A DNA stretch of 62,312 bases, counting the filler, from Piptocephalis cylindrospora (Eukaryota): the NCBI GenBank assembly GCA_003614145.1. It is 6 parts of 6 records of this genome, joined end to end, with 100 filler letters (N's around TTAATTAATTAA, not from the genome) between each part and the next. Parts side by side here need not be neighbours in the genome. Positions count along the whole stretch, not along the records: positions 10,479 to 20,850 come from KZ988041.1; positions 20,951 to 31,279 come from KZ988043.1; 4 more parts are not named here. One strand, given 5' to 3'. A program made the position numbers and the translations under genes. The notes below the pieces were generated by a model. The model searched no databases. It saw only the letters and a program-made list of their open reading frames with translations, and was not told the origin of the DNA. This document shows, in pieces, positions 12,680 through 23,574 of this stretch; within the stretch, counting starts at the first letter, position 1, and every line of letters starts with the position of its first letter.

Positions 12680-13532
12680 ATGCTTCCTAGATTGACTTTG
12701 CTTTCCGGTAGAACCCTCCCTTCTCGTCTCCTTGGGCCGATGGCCGTGTCAGTAAGGGTGCCGCTAATTCTACCATATCAAAAATCCCACTCACGCTTCC
12801 CTTGCCCATCCTTCCTAGCTTTGCCACGGCTCCCGCCGTCTCCTTCGTACCCAGGTTCACCATGTTCGACTGAGACAGGTCGTTCGTATGGGCGATGACA
12901 CCCCGTACATTGTCATGAAGAAGGAGCATCAGACCACTGGTCGAGGTGGTGCCCTAGTTCGTGTAGGTTCCCTCTCTTTCTTCCTCCTTCACCGACTCTC
13001 ATCCATCCTCTCACCACTTTCCCCCTCTCCTCTCTCTCACTCTTCTCCTACCCAGCTCGAACTCCATCATGCAATCACCGGCGCCAAGATCACCGAACGC
13101 TTCAAGACCTCAGATTCCCTAGAAGTCATTCATTTGCGTCATACTCAACACCAATTCCTCTACTTGGAAGATAACCGTATCCATCTTTTGGATCCTGAAA
13201 CATACGAACAGGTTGAGATGGATGCTTCTACCATCTCCGGGGGAGAGGCGAGTCTTGCTCTCTTGCAGGATGGGATGCCCGTGACCGTTCAGTCTCTGGA
13301 GGGAGTCGGACCCCTGGCCTTTTCCCTCCCCGACCAATTTAGCTATCAAGTTGAGGCCGATGACTTTAAGGGAAAGCAGGGCGCAAAGGGTGTGGGACAA
13401 AAGACCGTTGAGTTGGCCGGCGGTCGTCTTCGCGTCCGTGTTCCCGAGTTCATCAAGGTCGGTGAGTGGATCATCGTCGAGTTACCCGAGGGCAAGTATG
13501 TTGGGCGAGGCAAGTTGGACGCCCCGGCCTAA
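12680..13532 (+). CDS. Mitochondrial elongation factor P-like protein (3 exons, ~230 aa)
   Basis: Exons 12680-12751, 12819-12962 and 13056-13532 splice in frame. The Arg/Leu/Ser-rich presequence has no acidic residues. EF-P motifs: HQTTGRGGALVRLEL..ITG.K..ERF, QFLY, DPETYEQ and VRVPEFIKVGE.I.V....GKYVGR. Confidence 0.88.
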
Positions 13533-13677
13533 TCTACATCCAGCCTCGATCCTTCCTCCCCGTACACATGGCTAGGTGAAATGAATGTCATTTTATTCTT
13601 ACTCCTTGTTTTCCTTCCTATCTCCTACTTCTCCTTGAATCCCACTTCCTATTGAAAATGTATGGATCTAATGTGAA

Positions 13678-14431
13678 TCATGTTGAGAAAAAAGAACACA
13701 TTCTCTGCTCCTGGTAAGGTTCACGGTCAAGAGAGCGTTTAGCCACCCGAATATCCGTCCAAATATCCTCCACTAGGTCGTCTGCCGGACAAGAAGAGGT
13801 AGAAAGTCAGAGTCAGAATAAGAAAAGACAACCCCCTCCCCATCAATCCCCCTTCCTCCTTACCCAATCCAGTGTAATTCAGCTCGGGGCGAATGTACCC
13901 AAGGATCGAGATGCGTAGCTCCTGGCCATAAAAGTCATTTTCATACTCGTGCATAATATGAACCTCCTAATGATCGAATGGAAAGAAGGTGTGAGACGGC
14001 TATTAGATAGGCCCCATCTCAAGAAACGTACAGCCGATCGTTTCTCATTCTTATAATACGGATTCCATCCAAGACTCATCACCATCGGCCGAACCTCCTG
14101 GTCCGAACCTCGAAGTTGCGCCCAGCCAAAATAAATCCCCGTGGAAAGGTCCGTGCACAACTGTTCGCTGGCCTCTTCCGAAAGGTTGGCTAAAAGAAGA
14201 GGAGCCGTGATGAAGGGGGAGGGGAGGGGAAATAAGGGTCGGGACTTTCCGTCCCGAATAGCACGCCCTTGACTTACCAGTCGGGATGCCAAGCTGCTTG
14301 GAACCTCGACCAAACCCCTTTACTACCTCACCATGCACATGCAGAGGGTAGGGCTTGGGAAGGTGGTCAGCTGGACCAGCATACGCTGCTCGACCTTGCC
14401 TTTCCGTCTGGGGCGCTGTCGTGGAGGCCAT
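13678..14431 (-). CDS. FMN1: Riboflavin kinase, multi-exon
   Basis: Motifs GFGRGSKQLGIPTAN (spliced), GIYFGWA, MVMSLGWNPYYKN, EVHIMH..DFYG and IRPELNY. Last exon ends at 13678. Confidence 0.93.
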
Positions 14432-15405
14432 GATGTGCAATGAGTATATGTACGCTAGGGGATGGGTGAGATGTGAAGGAAGAAGTGATGGGGGAGGGAG
14501 ACAGGGGAGGAAGCACAACGGAGGGACGAATATATCCGGTCAGTTTGACCATCACCACCATCCATCCAGGAGAAAGAAAGGCTCCTTAGGCTTTGGAGTC
14601 TCAGGAGGATGACAAATGTCTGAGCAACACACCCAAATACCGGCCTTGTTTCCGCAAAAGCGTGGGGATTACACGTTTTTTTCGTCATCACAATCACACA
14701 CTACGCTCTCAGCTCATTCATCTATCCTTACCCAGACGAGGATGACTCGAAGTAGGACGGGGTGAATCGTTCAACAATATATTCGCTCTATACGTCGAAA
14801 ATACTCCAACAACATTACTCTGATCAATTGGGGGATGATTATCACTCACGAAGGCACATCCAGCTTAGCTGTGTTGATGGGGGTAAAGTCGCATTGTTCT
14901 ATCGATATGGACCTTAGAAACGAAGAGTTGATCTTTGACATTCTTGATTTAAAGGCTATGCAAACCAAAATGACACTTTTCTTGGAGTATCGTTGCGATA
15001 GCTAGCCAATGAATAAAGAATGAGTAGCGACCTATCCTTCTTCATTTATGACTGGAGGTAAAAGATGATACTTATCCACTTTATACGACAAGATCAGCTC
15101 CGACATGCCCTCGGCCAATGATAAACCTCGGTTTGGGTGGGCGGAGTATCCGTTGGTGTAGCTCCGGAAGGGTTTGGTCAGTCACCTTACAAGCATTCGT
15201 AGTATCCATTTTGCTTAATCTTCGTTGCTACCGCCTCGCTTTAATCCACTCTTTCCTCTCTCCTCCTCCCATCCTCCATCTCATTTCACTTCCCTCACGA
15301 CACACACTCTTTCTTTTTTGGTGATCCTCACAATCACTGCTCCCACCATCCCCTCCTCCCTCCGTGCAACGATAAGAACAACCAGAACCCCGATAACCTC
15401 CCCTG

Positions 15406-17193
15406 ATGCCCTCAGCCATCTCAGCCCGACTCATCTCTACTTTTCTCCTCCTTCACATACTTGGTCAGGTGATCTTGGTGCAGTCTGCCCCCTCATTCAA
15501 AGGTAGCCTGGGCACTCATATGGACTCTGAGATTGGTATGGATGATGAGCTTGAGGAACACTTCACCTTTAAGGGGGCTGAGGAGATGTTGAGACGCGAG
15601 AAAATGCACCATCATACACCTCGGGATCGCGACTGGAACCATGATGATAAGAAAAAGAAAAAAAAGAAATCTTCCTTTGGCACCGCCCTTGCCACCGGTG
15701 TTGGCATTGGGCTGGGAGTGCCCGCTCTTGCCCTGGCCGGAACTATGGTGTATAAATCCTACAGTCATCCAAGCGCTCAATATGCTGTCTCTGATGGTAC
15801 AAAGGACAAAGATGACGATAAGGACAAGGACGCTGATAAAGATAAGGATGTTGATAAGGACGATAGGAAGGGCAAGGGCTCTTTAAAAGACTCTTTTGAT
15901 GAAGGAGACAGCCTCAAAGGGGATGATAATCTGGGTGAATCATTAGATATGAAGAAGAATCCGCTAGATGAAAAGGATTCATTTGGAAATGACTCGTTTG
16001 GTGAGAAGGACCCATTTGGGAAGGACTCGTTTGGTGAGAAGGGCTCATCTGAGAAGGACTCGTTTGGTGAGAAAGACTCATTTGGGAAGGACTCATTCGG
16101 TGAGAAAGACTCGTTTGGGAAGGACTCGTTTGGTGAGAAGGACCCATTTGGGAAGGGCTCATCTGAGAAGGACTCGTTTGGTGAGAAGGACCCATTTGGG
16201 AAGGACTCATCTGGGAAGGACTCGTTTGGTGAGAAGGACCCATTTGGGAAGGACTCATCTGGGAAGGACTCGTTTGGTGAGAAGGACCCATTTGGGAAGG
16301 ACTCGTTTGGTGAGAAGGACCCATTTGGGAAGGACTCGTTTGGTGAGAAAGACCCATTTGGGAAGGACTCATTCGGTGAGAAAGACTCATTTGGGAAGGG
16401 CTCATTCGGTGAGAAAGACTCATTTGGAAAGGATTCTTTCGGTGAGAAGAGTATGTTCAGTACCCCAGGAGAAACAAGCAATGACCCTTTCAAAGAGCAC
16501 ATGGATCATGCCAGAGATAACCTCAGTAAGGGAGAGAACGATCACTTTGACTCCGCGTTCTCGGACAAGAGCGATCCCAGGGTAGAGGCTGCCTCTGCCT
16601 CCCCAGCGCTTCCTCCCGAAGCTCCATCGTTCAGTGATGCCCTAGCACTGATGACACCACCAGTCAGCATCGTCTCTCTCGCTTCCTCCTCCGGGATAGG
16701 GGAGACCATCAAGCGAGATCGAAGCCGAAGAGGTCATGAATCCCAGGGTTTGGGTATCTCTGTCTGGTCGAAACCTGCGTCAGGTTCTAGTGGGCCCTAT
16801 CGTGCTCTTCATGGACCGGCTCCTACTCGGAGCTCTGGCTCTTCCTCAGCTGTCTCAGAGCATGGCTCCTTCTATAATCCCAAGGCCCCCTTCCTCTTGG
16901 AGGACGAGGATCAGGATGTGGCCAAGGAACGATCCATTGGCATTTCCTATCCTTCCTCCCTCTCAAGCCTTGGAGGACCACGTGTTAATGATGATCCTTC
17001 GGCCTTGTCCCTCGGCACTCATCCAGATCTCTTTACTCCCCCCATGAACCGAGATGATCAAATCCATGGAGAGCCGCTCAGGACATCCCGGATTAAGGGC
17101 ACGGGGAAAGACGAGATGAAGGGTCGGCCATCGTCTGACGGTTCTAGGATGAATGATAGGGCCATGAGAGAGAGGCAACATGCGCTGATGTAG
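15406..17193 (+). CDS. Secreted/membrane low-complexity protein with D[SP]FG repeats
   Basis: Signal peptide (..LLLHILGQVILVQS/AP), a K7 run, a hydrophobic segment (FGTALATGVGIGLGVPALALAGTMVY), a KD-rich tract, then about 25 xxFG repeats. Confidence 0.8.
   Translation: MPSAISARLISTFLLLHILGQVILVQSAPSFKGSLGTHMDSEIGMDDELEEHFTFKGAEEMLRREKMHHHTPRDRDWNHDDKKKKKKKSSFGTALATGVGIGLGVPALALAGTMVYKSYSHPSAQYAVSDGTKDKDDDKDKDADKDKDVDKDDRKGKGSLKDSFDEGDSLKGDDNLGESLDMKKNPLDEKDSFGNDSFGEKDPFGKDSFGEKGSSEKDSFGEKDSFGKDSFGEKDSFGKDSFGEKDPFGKGSSEKDSFGEKDPFGKDSSGKDSFGEKDPFGKDSSGKDSFGEKDPFGKDSFGEKDPFGKDSFGEKDPFGKDSFGEKDSFGKGSFGEKDSFGKDSFGEKSMFSTPGETSNDPFKEHMDHARDNLSKGENDHFDSAFSDKSDPRVEAASASPALPPEAPSFSDALALMTPPVSIVSLASSSGIGETIKRDRSRRGHESQGLGISVWSKPASGSSGPYRALHGPAPTRSSGSSSAVSEHGSFYNPKAPFLLEDEDQDVAKERSIGISYPSSLSSLGGPRVNDDPSALSLGTHPDLFTPPMNRDDQIHGEPLRTSRIKGTGKDEMKGRPSSDGSRMNDRAMRERQHALM
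15968..16449 (+). repeat. Coding minisatellite of 15/18-nt units (AAGGACTCGTTTGGT / GAGAAGGACCCATTTGGG)
   Basis: Directly visible tandem units encoding KDSFG/EKDPFG. Confidence 0.95.
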
Positions 17194-17663
17194 ACAACTT
17201 AAAGGGTGAGCGATATCAAGCAGAACATAGGATATCTTCGAAACCTTAATTACGAGTATTCATTTGCTTTCCAAACAATTCCAATAAGGCTCTTACTACC
17301 ACTACACTTTTCCGCAAGAAAAGGTCAATACAGGCCATGAGCTTTGAATATCTGATTTGTACGATTGAATCTCCGACATCCTTGCTTCCAAATCCTCGAG
17401 ACACATACCATGAATTCTGTAGGCATAAAGCGGAGAAGAGATGGAGTAGAACTACAATGTGCTCTTCTCCTCTCTACCTTCTTCCATCTCTTCCTTTCCT
17501 GCCTGACACGAATCCTTTTCCTCTACCCTCTTGGCTACCATCCTCTCATCACTCCATCTTGACGCCCTGAACACCTTCACTTCATTCATCTCACCCGCGT
17601 ACTCAACACATCATTCCATTCTCCCAACCACGCCATCGTTTCCCTCTCTCAATATCTTCCCAT

Positions 17664-18376
17664 ATGCAACTCTGCCATTCATCTTCTCTTTCTCGAGGAT
17701 CTGGAAAATGGTCCTATGCCTTCCTCTTCTTCACTCTTCTCCTCTTGACATGGACCTCTGAAGGTGCACCGATCAGGGAGAGTATCAGAGATTCCTTTGA
17801 CCTCCATGAAAAGGAAGGATCTGCCTCTCGCTTCAGGGAAAGGCCCACCTCCCGTTCCAAGGCAGGACCCTCAGGAAAGGATGACGATATTTTCGGAGGC
17901 GATGATCTATTTGGCAAGGATGACCCGTTTGCGAAGGATGATATTTTCGGAAAAGATGACTTTCTCGACAAGGGACATTCCAACTCCTCCAAAGATAGGG
18001 ATCGAAAAGAGGATCATGAAAGAGGAAAATCATCATCCTCTTTCGCGGATCGAGACCGTTCTTCCATCTCGGACCGCTCCAGAGAGCAGGATCGCTTTTC
18101 TGGTAAGGGGTATCTCAATATCATTCACATAGACATGCCACCCTCTCACTTATTCTCCACACTCCCTTGACCAAAACAGATGACATGAGGGCTAATACTT
18201 CCCGTCATTCCTCGGATCCTGACCCTTTTGGGGCTGGTCTAGACTCTTTTTCCCCGTCTTCCTTCAATGATCAGCCCCCTGCTGAATCTGAAAAGTTTGG
18301 CGTCCACTCTCCCTCCCAAAAGCCTCCAGGTGAGCTGGGTGCCAAGGTCACCTCCTGGCCTCCTCGTCCCTTTTAA
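17664..18376 (+). CDS. Secreted protein with DD[IL]FG/DPF repeats, multi-exon (3' end uncertain, may extend to ~18570)
   Basis: Hydrophobic signal AFLFFTLLLLTWTSEG/AP, then DDDIFGGDDLFGKDDPFAKDDIFGKDDFL. A GTAAGG..CAG intron (~18103-18179) joins in frame to DDMRANTSRHSSDPDPFG. Confidence 0.7.
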
Positions 18377-18951
18377 ATGAACCTTTTTTCTTTTTTTGGC
18401 ATTATGTTCATGCCACTGCTCAGCAAAGTTCCTCTGGACATAGCCTCAGAAGGTCGGAAGAGGATGATCATTTCTTCCAAATCTACTAAATTTATGACAA
18501 TATCAAAAAAGAGCTTATCTTTGAATACCCAGGTTCAACTCCGTATCTCGGAGTCTAAAATTGTCCTTAAATAATCACAGTTAATAAGGTATTTCAATAA
18601 ATGCCTTATAATCCAGACTCCATTGTGCCTCATTCGCTAATACCTAAATAAACCACGTCCACTCCAGGACCAGGAAACCTGAAAAGGCCTTCTTCCCCCT
18701 CGCTCTTCCTTCTCTTTCCTTTTTCTTTCTCCCTCCGCCCTCCCTGACTTCTTTTCACCCCCACTTTCCATATAACGTCCACTTCATCGCTTCCCTTTGT
18801 CCTTCGCCTCTTTGACGAGATCACGCCTTTGCCTCCCGACTTCCCATCTCTCTTGCTCTTCTCGACCAACTCGTTTCACTCTTCCAACCGATCACCCCAC
18901 GAATTAACTCTTCTACATCTCACATATTTGGCATTAACCGACCATTTCAGA

Positions 18952-20430
18952 ATGAAATGCGCGACCCTTCTCCTCGCCATCTCCATGCTTCTTGATTTGG
19001 GCACATTGAGTCCTGAAGGGCCTGTCGCATCTGCCTACCCTGCAAATCCTCCAGGATCATCATCACCGCCTCCTTCTACAAGACCGAGCTATATGGACTC
19101 AGCCTCCATCTCTAGGATGAATTCGCCAATGGGAAGACCAGCCATTACATCTTCTAGCCATGGAAGAAACTCTCTCTCTATAGCTCCATTCCATCAACGT
19201 CTATCTAACCCCATCAGCTATCAAGGGCTCTCGGCCGCCTCTCAAAAAATAACACTGTCCAAAACCCTCTCCAATCCAGCCTCTCGCCCTCTCGCCTCAT
19301 CTTCTCCTCAAAAGGTCACGCCGGCCGCGAGTGCAAATGAGGCTCATGAGCATGGTAGTGGTCAGGATAAGCTACACCGTTCTAGCTCAGCCTCCACTGT
19401 ACATCCCCATATTCCCGAGACTCCCCATGAGGAAATGGGCTACAACAAAGGCGTATCCTCTCATGATCTTAACCACCCTTATACCAACTCTCAGGAGATC
19501 TTGCCAGAATATGGGGGCTCTAGTTCCGCACATTCCCTTTCTCATCCAAGACAAAAGGCCTCTTCAGGAAACAAAGAGTCTAATTCTTCACAACTCCCTC
19601 CATCTGCGAAGCAAGAAATCAAATATGCGTCTAACCCCCCAGCTCCAGCACCCGTGGTTCTTCCTATTCCAGATGATTCAAGTTCTACAGATTCTCCCCA
19701 AGAAATTTCTCCCTCCCCAACTGCCTCCCTCAAAGTCAATCCTACCATTTTGACCTCTCCCCAGACTGAGGTGAAGGAGAAAGAGGTGGAAAGATCAAGA
19801 AAAGAACGACCAGGACCTCAGATTGCACCTAAAGAAGGCGAAGTGAGTCTTGGTGAATTTGAGTCACCCTCTCTGTCAGCCTCCGAAATAGGATGGTCTC
19901 GACCTCCCCCAGATGGCCCACTCAACGGAGTAAGGAACGAGGGATCCTCTTCCAAGCCCAGGTCCAGCAATGACCAGGATGACTTCAAGGACTTTAGTAA
20001 TAGCAAGGGCCGGTCTGGCGGAATTGATGAACTGGACGAGGAGATGTCCGAGATGGACTCGCTCTCCGGGGATAGTACTCACTTCTCAGACATCTCCAGT
20101 ACGGTGGATGGCAACTCTGTTGGATTGGGAGCCGATTCCAACGGGAATAATGCCACTCTGCTCTTCGGAGAAGGTGAAATGAATTCTACCGTCCTCGCCA
20201 ATAGCACCTTCGCTGAAAGTGATCTTTTGACAATGCAAAATTCCCTGGATAACTCTCCCGAGTCCTCTGGAAACACGTCGGCATCCAGCAATGGGACCTC
20301 AACCTTTTGGGATGACTGGGGATCTGTCAATCAACCGCCCATGAACTATACTGTCCCTACCAAGACTTCTTCTATCCTCCCATCCCCGGTAAGTGTGGAT
20401 ACGCATGATCGTCAGCTTATGGACGGGTAA
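18952..20430 (+). CDS. Secreted Ser/Pro-rich disordered protein
   Basis: Signal-like start MKCATLLLAISMLL; ORF of about 490 codons; cluster of N-x-S/T sequons near the C-terminus. A possible terminal intron starts at GTAAGT near 20388. Confidence 0.7.
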   Translation: MKCATLLLAISMLLDLGTLSPEGPVASAYPANPPGSSSPPPSTRPSYMDSASISRMNSPMGRPAITSSSHGRNSLSIAPFHQRLSNPISYQGLSAASQKITLSKTLSNPASRPLASSSPQKVTPAASANEAHEHGSGQDKLHRSSSASTVHPHIPETPHEEMGYNKGVSSHDLNHPYTNSQEILPEYGGSSSAHSLSHPRQKASSGNKESNSSQLPPSAKQEIKYASNPPAPAPVVLPIPDDSSSTDSPQEISPSPTASLKVNPTILTSPQTEVKEKEVERSRKERPGPQIAPKEGEVSLGEFESPSLSASEIGWSRPPPDGPLNGVRNEGSSSKPRSSNDQDDFKDFSNSKGRSGGIDELDEEMSEMDSLSGDSTHFSDISSTVDGNSVGLGADSNGNNATLLFGEGEMNSTVLANSTFAESDLLTMQNSLDNSPESSGNTSASSNGTSTFWDDWGSVNQPPMNYTVPTKTSSILPSPVSVDTHDRQLMDG

Positions 20431-20850
20431 GCGGAAAGTCATCTATTCCCATTGCATTCCCTTCGCGGCTCCCTCATTCACTCCAGCGAGTAAATACGCA
20501 CTCTTTTCCTTTCATCAAAGACGATGATATTCTAAAGTAACACTTGCTAGATATTCGCTAAATCACCAAGCAGCACGCGAGAATGATTTTGATTGCCAAT
20601 GTTAGCTGTTGAGTAATTTATTGTTTTATGAAGAAACACCTGTCCAAGTGACAGTTGGGGGGGAGACGGAATGTAGGAGCCTGACTGCCAGTATTATGTC
20701 AAACCTGATAGCAAAACACCGACTGCACGACTGGCAATAATTAGAAGAAAAAAGAAAAGTTCACCACCACTACACGCACACACCCTGGAAAGTATATGGG
20801 GGAAGTTGCAGGAGAAGATAGGAGGGATCGGAAGATCCATGGAGGAAGCG

Positions 20851-20950
20851 NNNNNNNNNNNNNNNNNNNNNNNNNNNNNNNNNNNNNNNNNNNNTTAATT
20901 AATTAANNNNNNNNNNNNNNNNNNNNNNNNNNNNNNNNNNNNNNNNNNNN
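20851..20950. other. Artificial contig spacer
   Basis: N44-TTAATTAATTAA-N44. Confidence 0.97.
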
Positions 20951-21529
20951 AGCGTGATCAGTTCACTGTGACCTTTCTAAATACATATCCACTTGTACTA
21001 GACATTATAGGGATTGCCCCCTAAACTGGATATGCTGTTGGACCATCAGATAATGAGCTATGGGGCATGCCCATAGTGCCGTCATGCGATGCGCTGCTAG
21101 CGTTTATGTTGAACGATAGTGCCTCGCGAAAAGCACATGGCGCTTTCAGCTCTCGCAAGATAGACAAATATGCACGATGAGCATCCCAGTCCGTCAGAGA
21201 ACATTTCTGGGCGAACTAAGGATCATCGAGAAGAAAATGTAACTGGGCAGAGTAAGCGGTCCATCCCAATGAGTGGAATGCTGGGCTTCTCAAGACTTAT
21301 TCCTCCCTTCCTCCCACCGTTTTATCGAGAGCAGCCCTCGGACATGTGGCAAATTCATCCTCCTTCATGAACCAACTGTATAAAGCCCATATCTTCCTTC
21401 CCCTTTTTCCATTACATTTCATTCCCTTTCTGTGTCTACTTCTGCCTCATACGATCCTCACCCCTTTCCTAAGCCATCCCCAATCCTGCTACGAACTACT
21501 TTCCGTATGCCCTCCTCCATTGACGCACC

Positions 21530-22204
21530 ATGCAAGTTTCTATCCTCTACGTCACGCTCCTCTTGGCCTTGAGCCTTCCGGATCTCGCCATCCCTTACCC
21601 TATGGAGCATGAGGGGGGAGAGGGGAGGGAGGGATCGCGCCGACGCTCTTCCACCAGTCATGAGGCCTCCATTCCCATTTTAGTTCCCGCTAATTACAAG
21701 CTAGATAAGGCCCTAATGGATGTATTTATTACCAAGCCTGGCTGTCCCAAGGGCGCATCTATCCCTGATATGGTCGAAAGTTACCAGAAATTATCATCCA
21801 ATCTGGTTAAATCGAGTCCATCCTCCAAAGCGTGGAACTTATTGACGAGGAAGCAAAAGGATTGGGAGCGCCAGACGGTAGAACTCTCTAACTGCCTTTT
21901 ACAAAAGGTCATCGGACATAACCCGCTTGAAATCAAATCTTCCTACCTGCATTGGTCTAAGGTCCTCGAGGTCTTTTGGGAAGTTTACGGAAAGTCTTTT
22001 CTTGAGGAGAATAAGAGTCACATTTACAATGTCCTTTGCTCCAAAGACATTTTCCCAATCCAATCAGACCACCTGGAGATCCCTAAAAGGCCAATTTTTA
22101 CCTCTGGGAGTTCTAAGAAAATATACCTAGACGCCTTCCTTTTCAAGAGCTTCAATCTCTTCTGTGAGAATGCGCACAAAGGTCGTCGAGGTCACCAAGG
22201 TTAA
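21530..22204 (+). CDS. Small secreted hypothetical protein (effector candidate), intronless
   Basis: Signal peptide MQVSILYVTLLLALS; 224 aa with 4 Cys; TATAAA at about 21379 upstream. Confidence 0.7.
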   Translation: MQVSILYVTLLLALSLPDLAIPYPMEHEGGEGREGSRRRSSTSHEASIPILVPANYKLDKALMDVFITKPGCPKGASIPDMVESYQKLSSNLVKSSPSSKAWNLLTRKQKDWERQTVELSNCLLQKVIGHNPLEIKSSYLHWSKVLEVFWEVYGKSFLEENKSHIYNVLCSKDIFPIQSDHLEIPKRPIFTSGSSKKIYLDAFLFKSFNLFCENAHKGRRGHQG

Positions 22205-22774
22205 TCACCATAAAGGATAAAGGCGACTTGTCTACTTCCTTAAAAGTATGCAGCTATTCACTGACTTCTGAATCTGTCTCTCTTCCAATAAACTAGAGTT
22301 GGAGCACGTTTCTTTAATGAATTATCTTTGCGCCGCTACCTATTATCCTTTCCCGTTGGTTTTAGTGTAATGGTGCTCTTCATCATCGAGATCACACTTG
22401 CCTCTCTACCAATGTATTTATACGACTGACAAGGGCTAATCATTAAAAACAGCCCCTACCTGTCGCAGCCGCTTGTCAGCAAACACATACATGCACTTAC
22501 ATAACAGTGAAAATAGATTGGGAAAATAGGCCAAATTTCATATTATTATTAATTATTCAGCACAGCTTCTCCGCTTGGTGGATATCTGTGGAAATCAGGA
22601 AAAAAAAGAAAGTTTGTCTATCGCTGGGAAGGACGACGAATGACCTCCACCATCAGGATAGAACGGCCATCCTATCCTGACTGTAAACCCCAAGAATCCG
22701 ACCTTGACTCTACTCTCTTCCTCCCCTTTCCCCAAACGAACCTTTCCTACGTCCCCTTCTCGTCATCAAGTAAC

Positions 22775-23329
22775 ATGGGTAACCATAAGAATGCCGTGAA
22801 CAGCCGATCGGTCAACCGACTGAAGCGTGCTCGTCAGGCCCGTCAAGCCAAGAAGTGCGCTCGTCTCGCCCGAGGCGTTGTTGGGAAGAGGGAGGCAGCA
22901 GTTCATGCTAACGACAACTTGTCCGAGAAGAAGAAGCGTCTTCTCCTCACAGCTGCCAAGCATGTATGTCTTTTGTGAAGTCAGATGCTGGTTATCGGGT
23001 AGAGTTACCTCTGACATACACTGATACCCTCTGTTCCCCCCCATCCTTTAGGCTATCGCTCGTGAAGCATCCAAAGGCCAGGTAGAGGGGGAAATCACCA
23101 TGGCTGGTATGTGTTTTATAGAGAAGAGACAGTGCTTGCTCGCCTCTCCATCTCCTCACTATCGTCATTGTATCCTTATCTCACCTTGTCTGTCCTTCTA
23201 GATGTCACCGAGGAGATGGGCGACTCGATGCCGTCAAAGCGTAAATCCGCTGCCTTCAAAGAAGAGGAGGTGGTGGCCATTGTCAAGACTGGTCGTGGCA
23301 CCACCTTGGGCGGCCCATCCCTCGTCTAA
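22775..23329 (+). CDS. ALB1: Alb1-like pre-60S ribosome biogenesis factor, 3 exons
   Basis: Basic N-terminus (KNAVN..), LSEKKKR, and C-terminal GRGTTLGGP matching the Alb1 G.GTTLGGP signature. Two GTATGT..TAG introns. Confidence 0.75.
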
Positions 23330-23574
23330 TCATCACTCCATCTCTTCCCCCATCCTCCTTTCTTGTCGAGAATATACATTACTCTACCATTTTGGTTTTG
23401 ATCAGAGATCCTACTATATACTTCTGGGTAGGAGACTGTGCACCAGAGGAATTGGTTAGGACGCATTCAGTGGGTCATCTTTTAAGTATCCGAGTCTTTT
23501 GAGCCCAAGATAGGATATCATAAAATAAAAGAGTATTTGGTGAACAAGGTCTCGCCATCATACGGCTAATGGCC

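Noticed and set aside
15968..16449. CRISPR-like array or Kex2-processed repeat (KEP) precursor
   Set aside because: The units are tandem with no unique spacers and no cas genes, and there are no KR/RR sites between units. It is a coding minisatellite.
15777..16585. Alternative-frame and antisense repeat ORFs (NESFSP, RRTHLG, MSPSQ)
   Set aside because: By-products of a stop-free repeat; only the 15406 frame has a signal peptide and flanking coding sequence.
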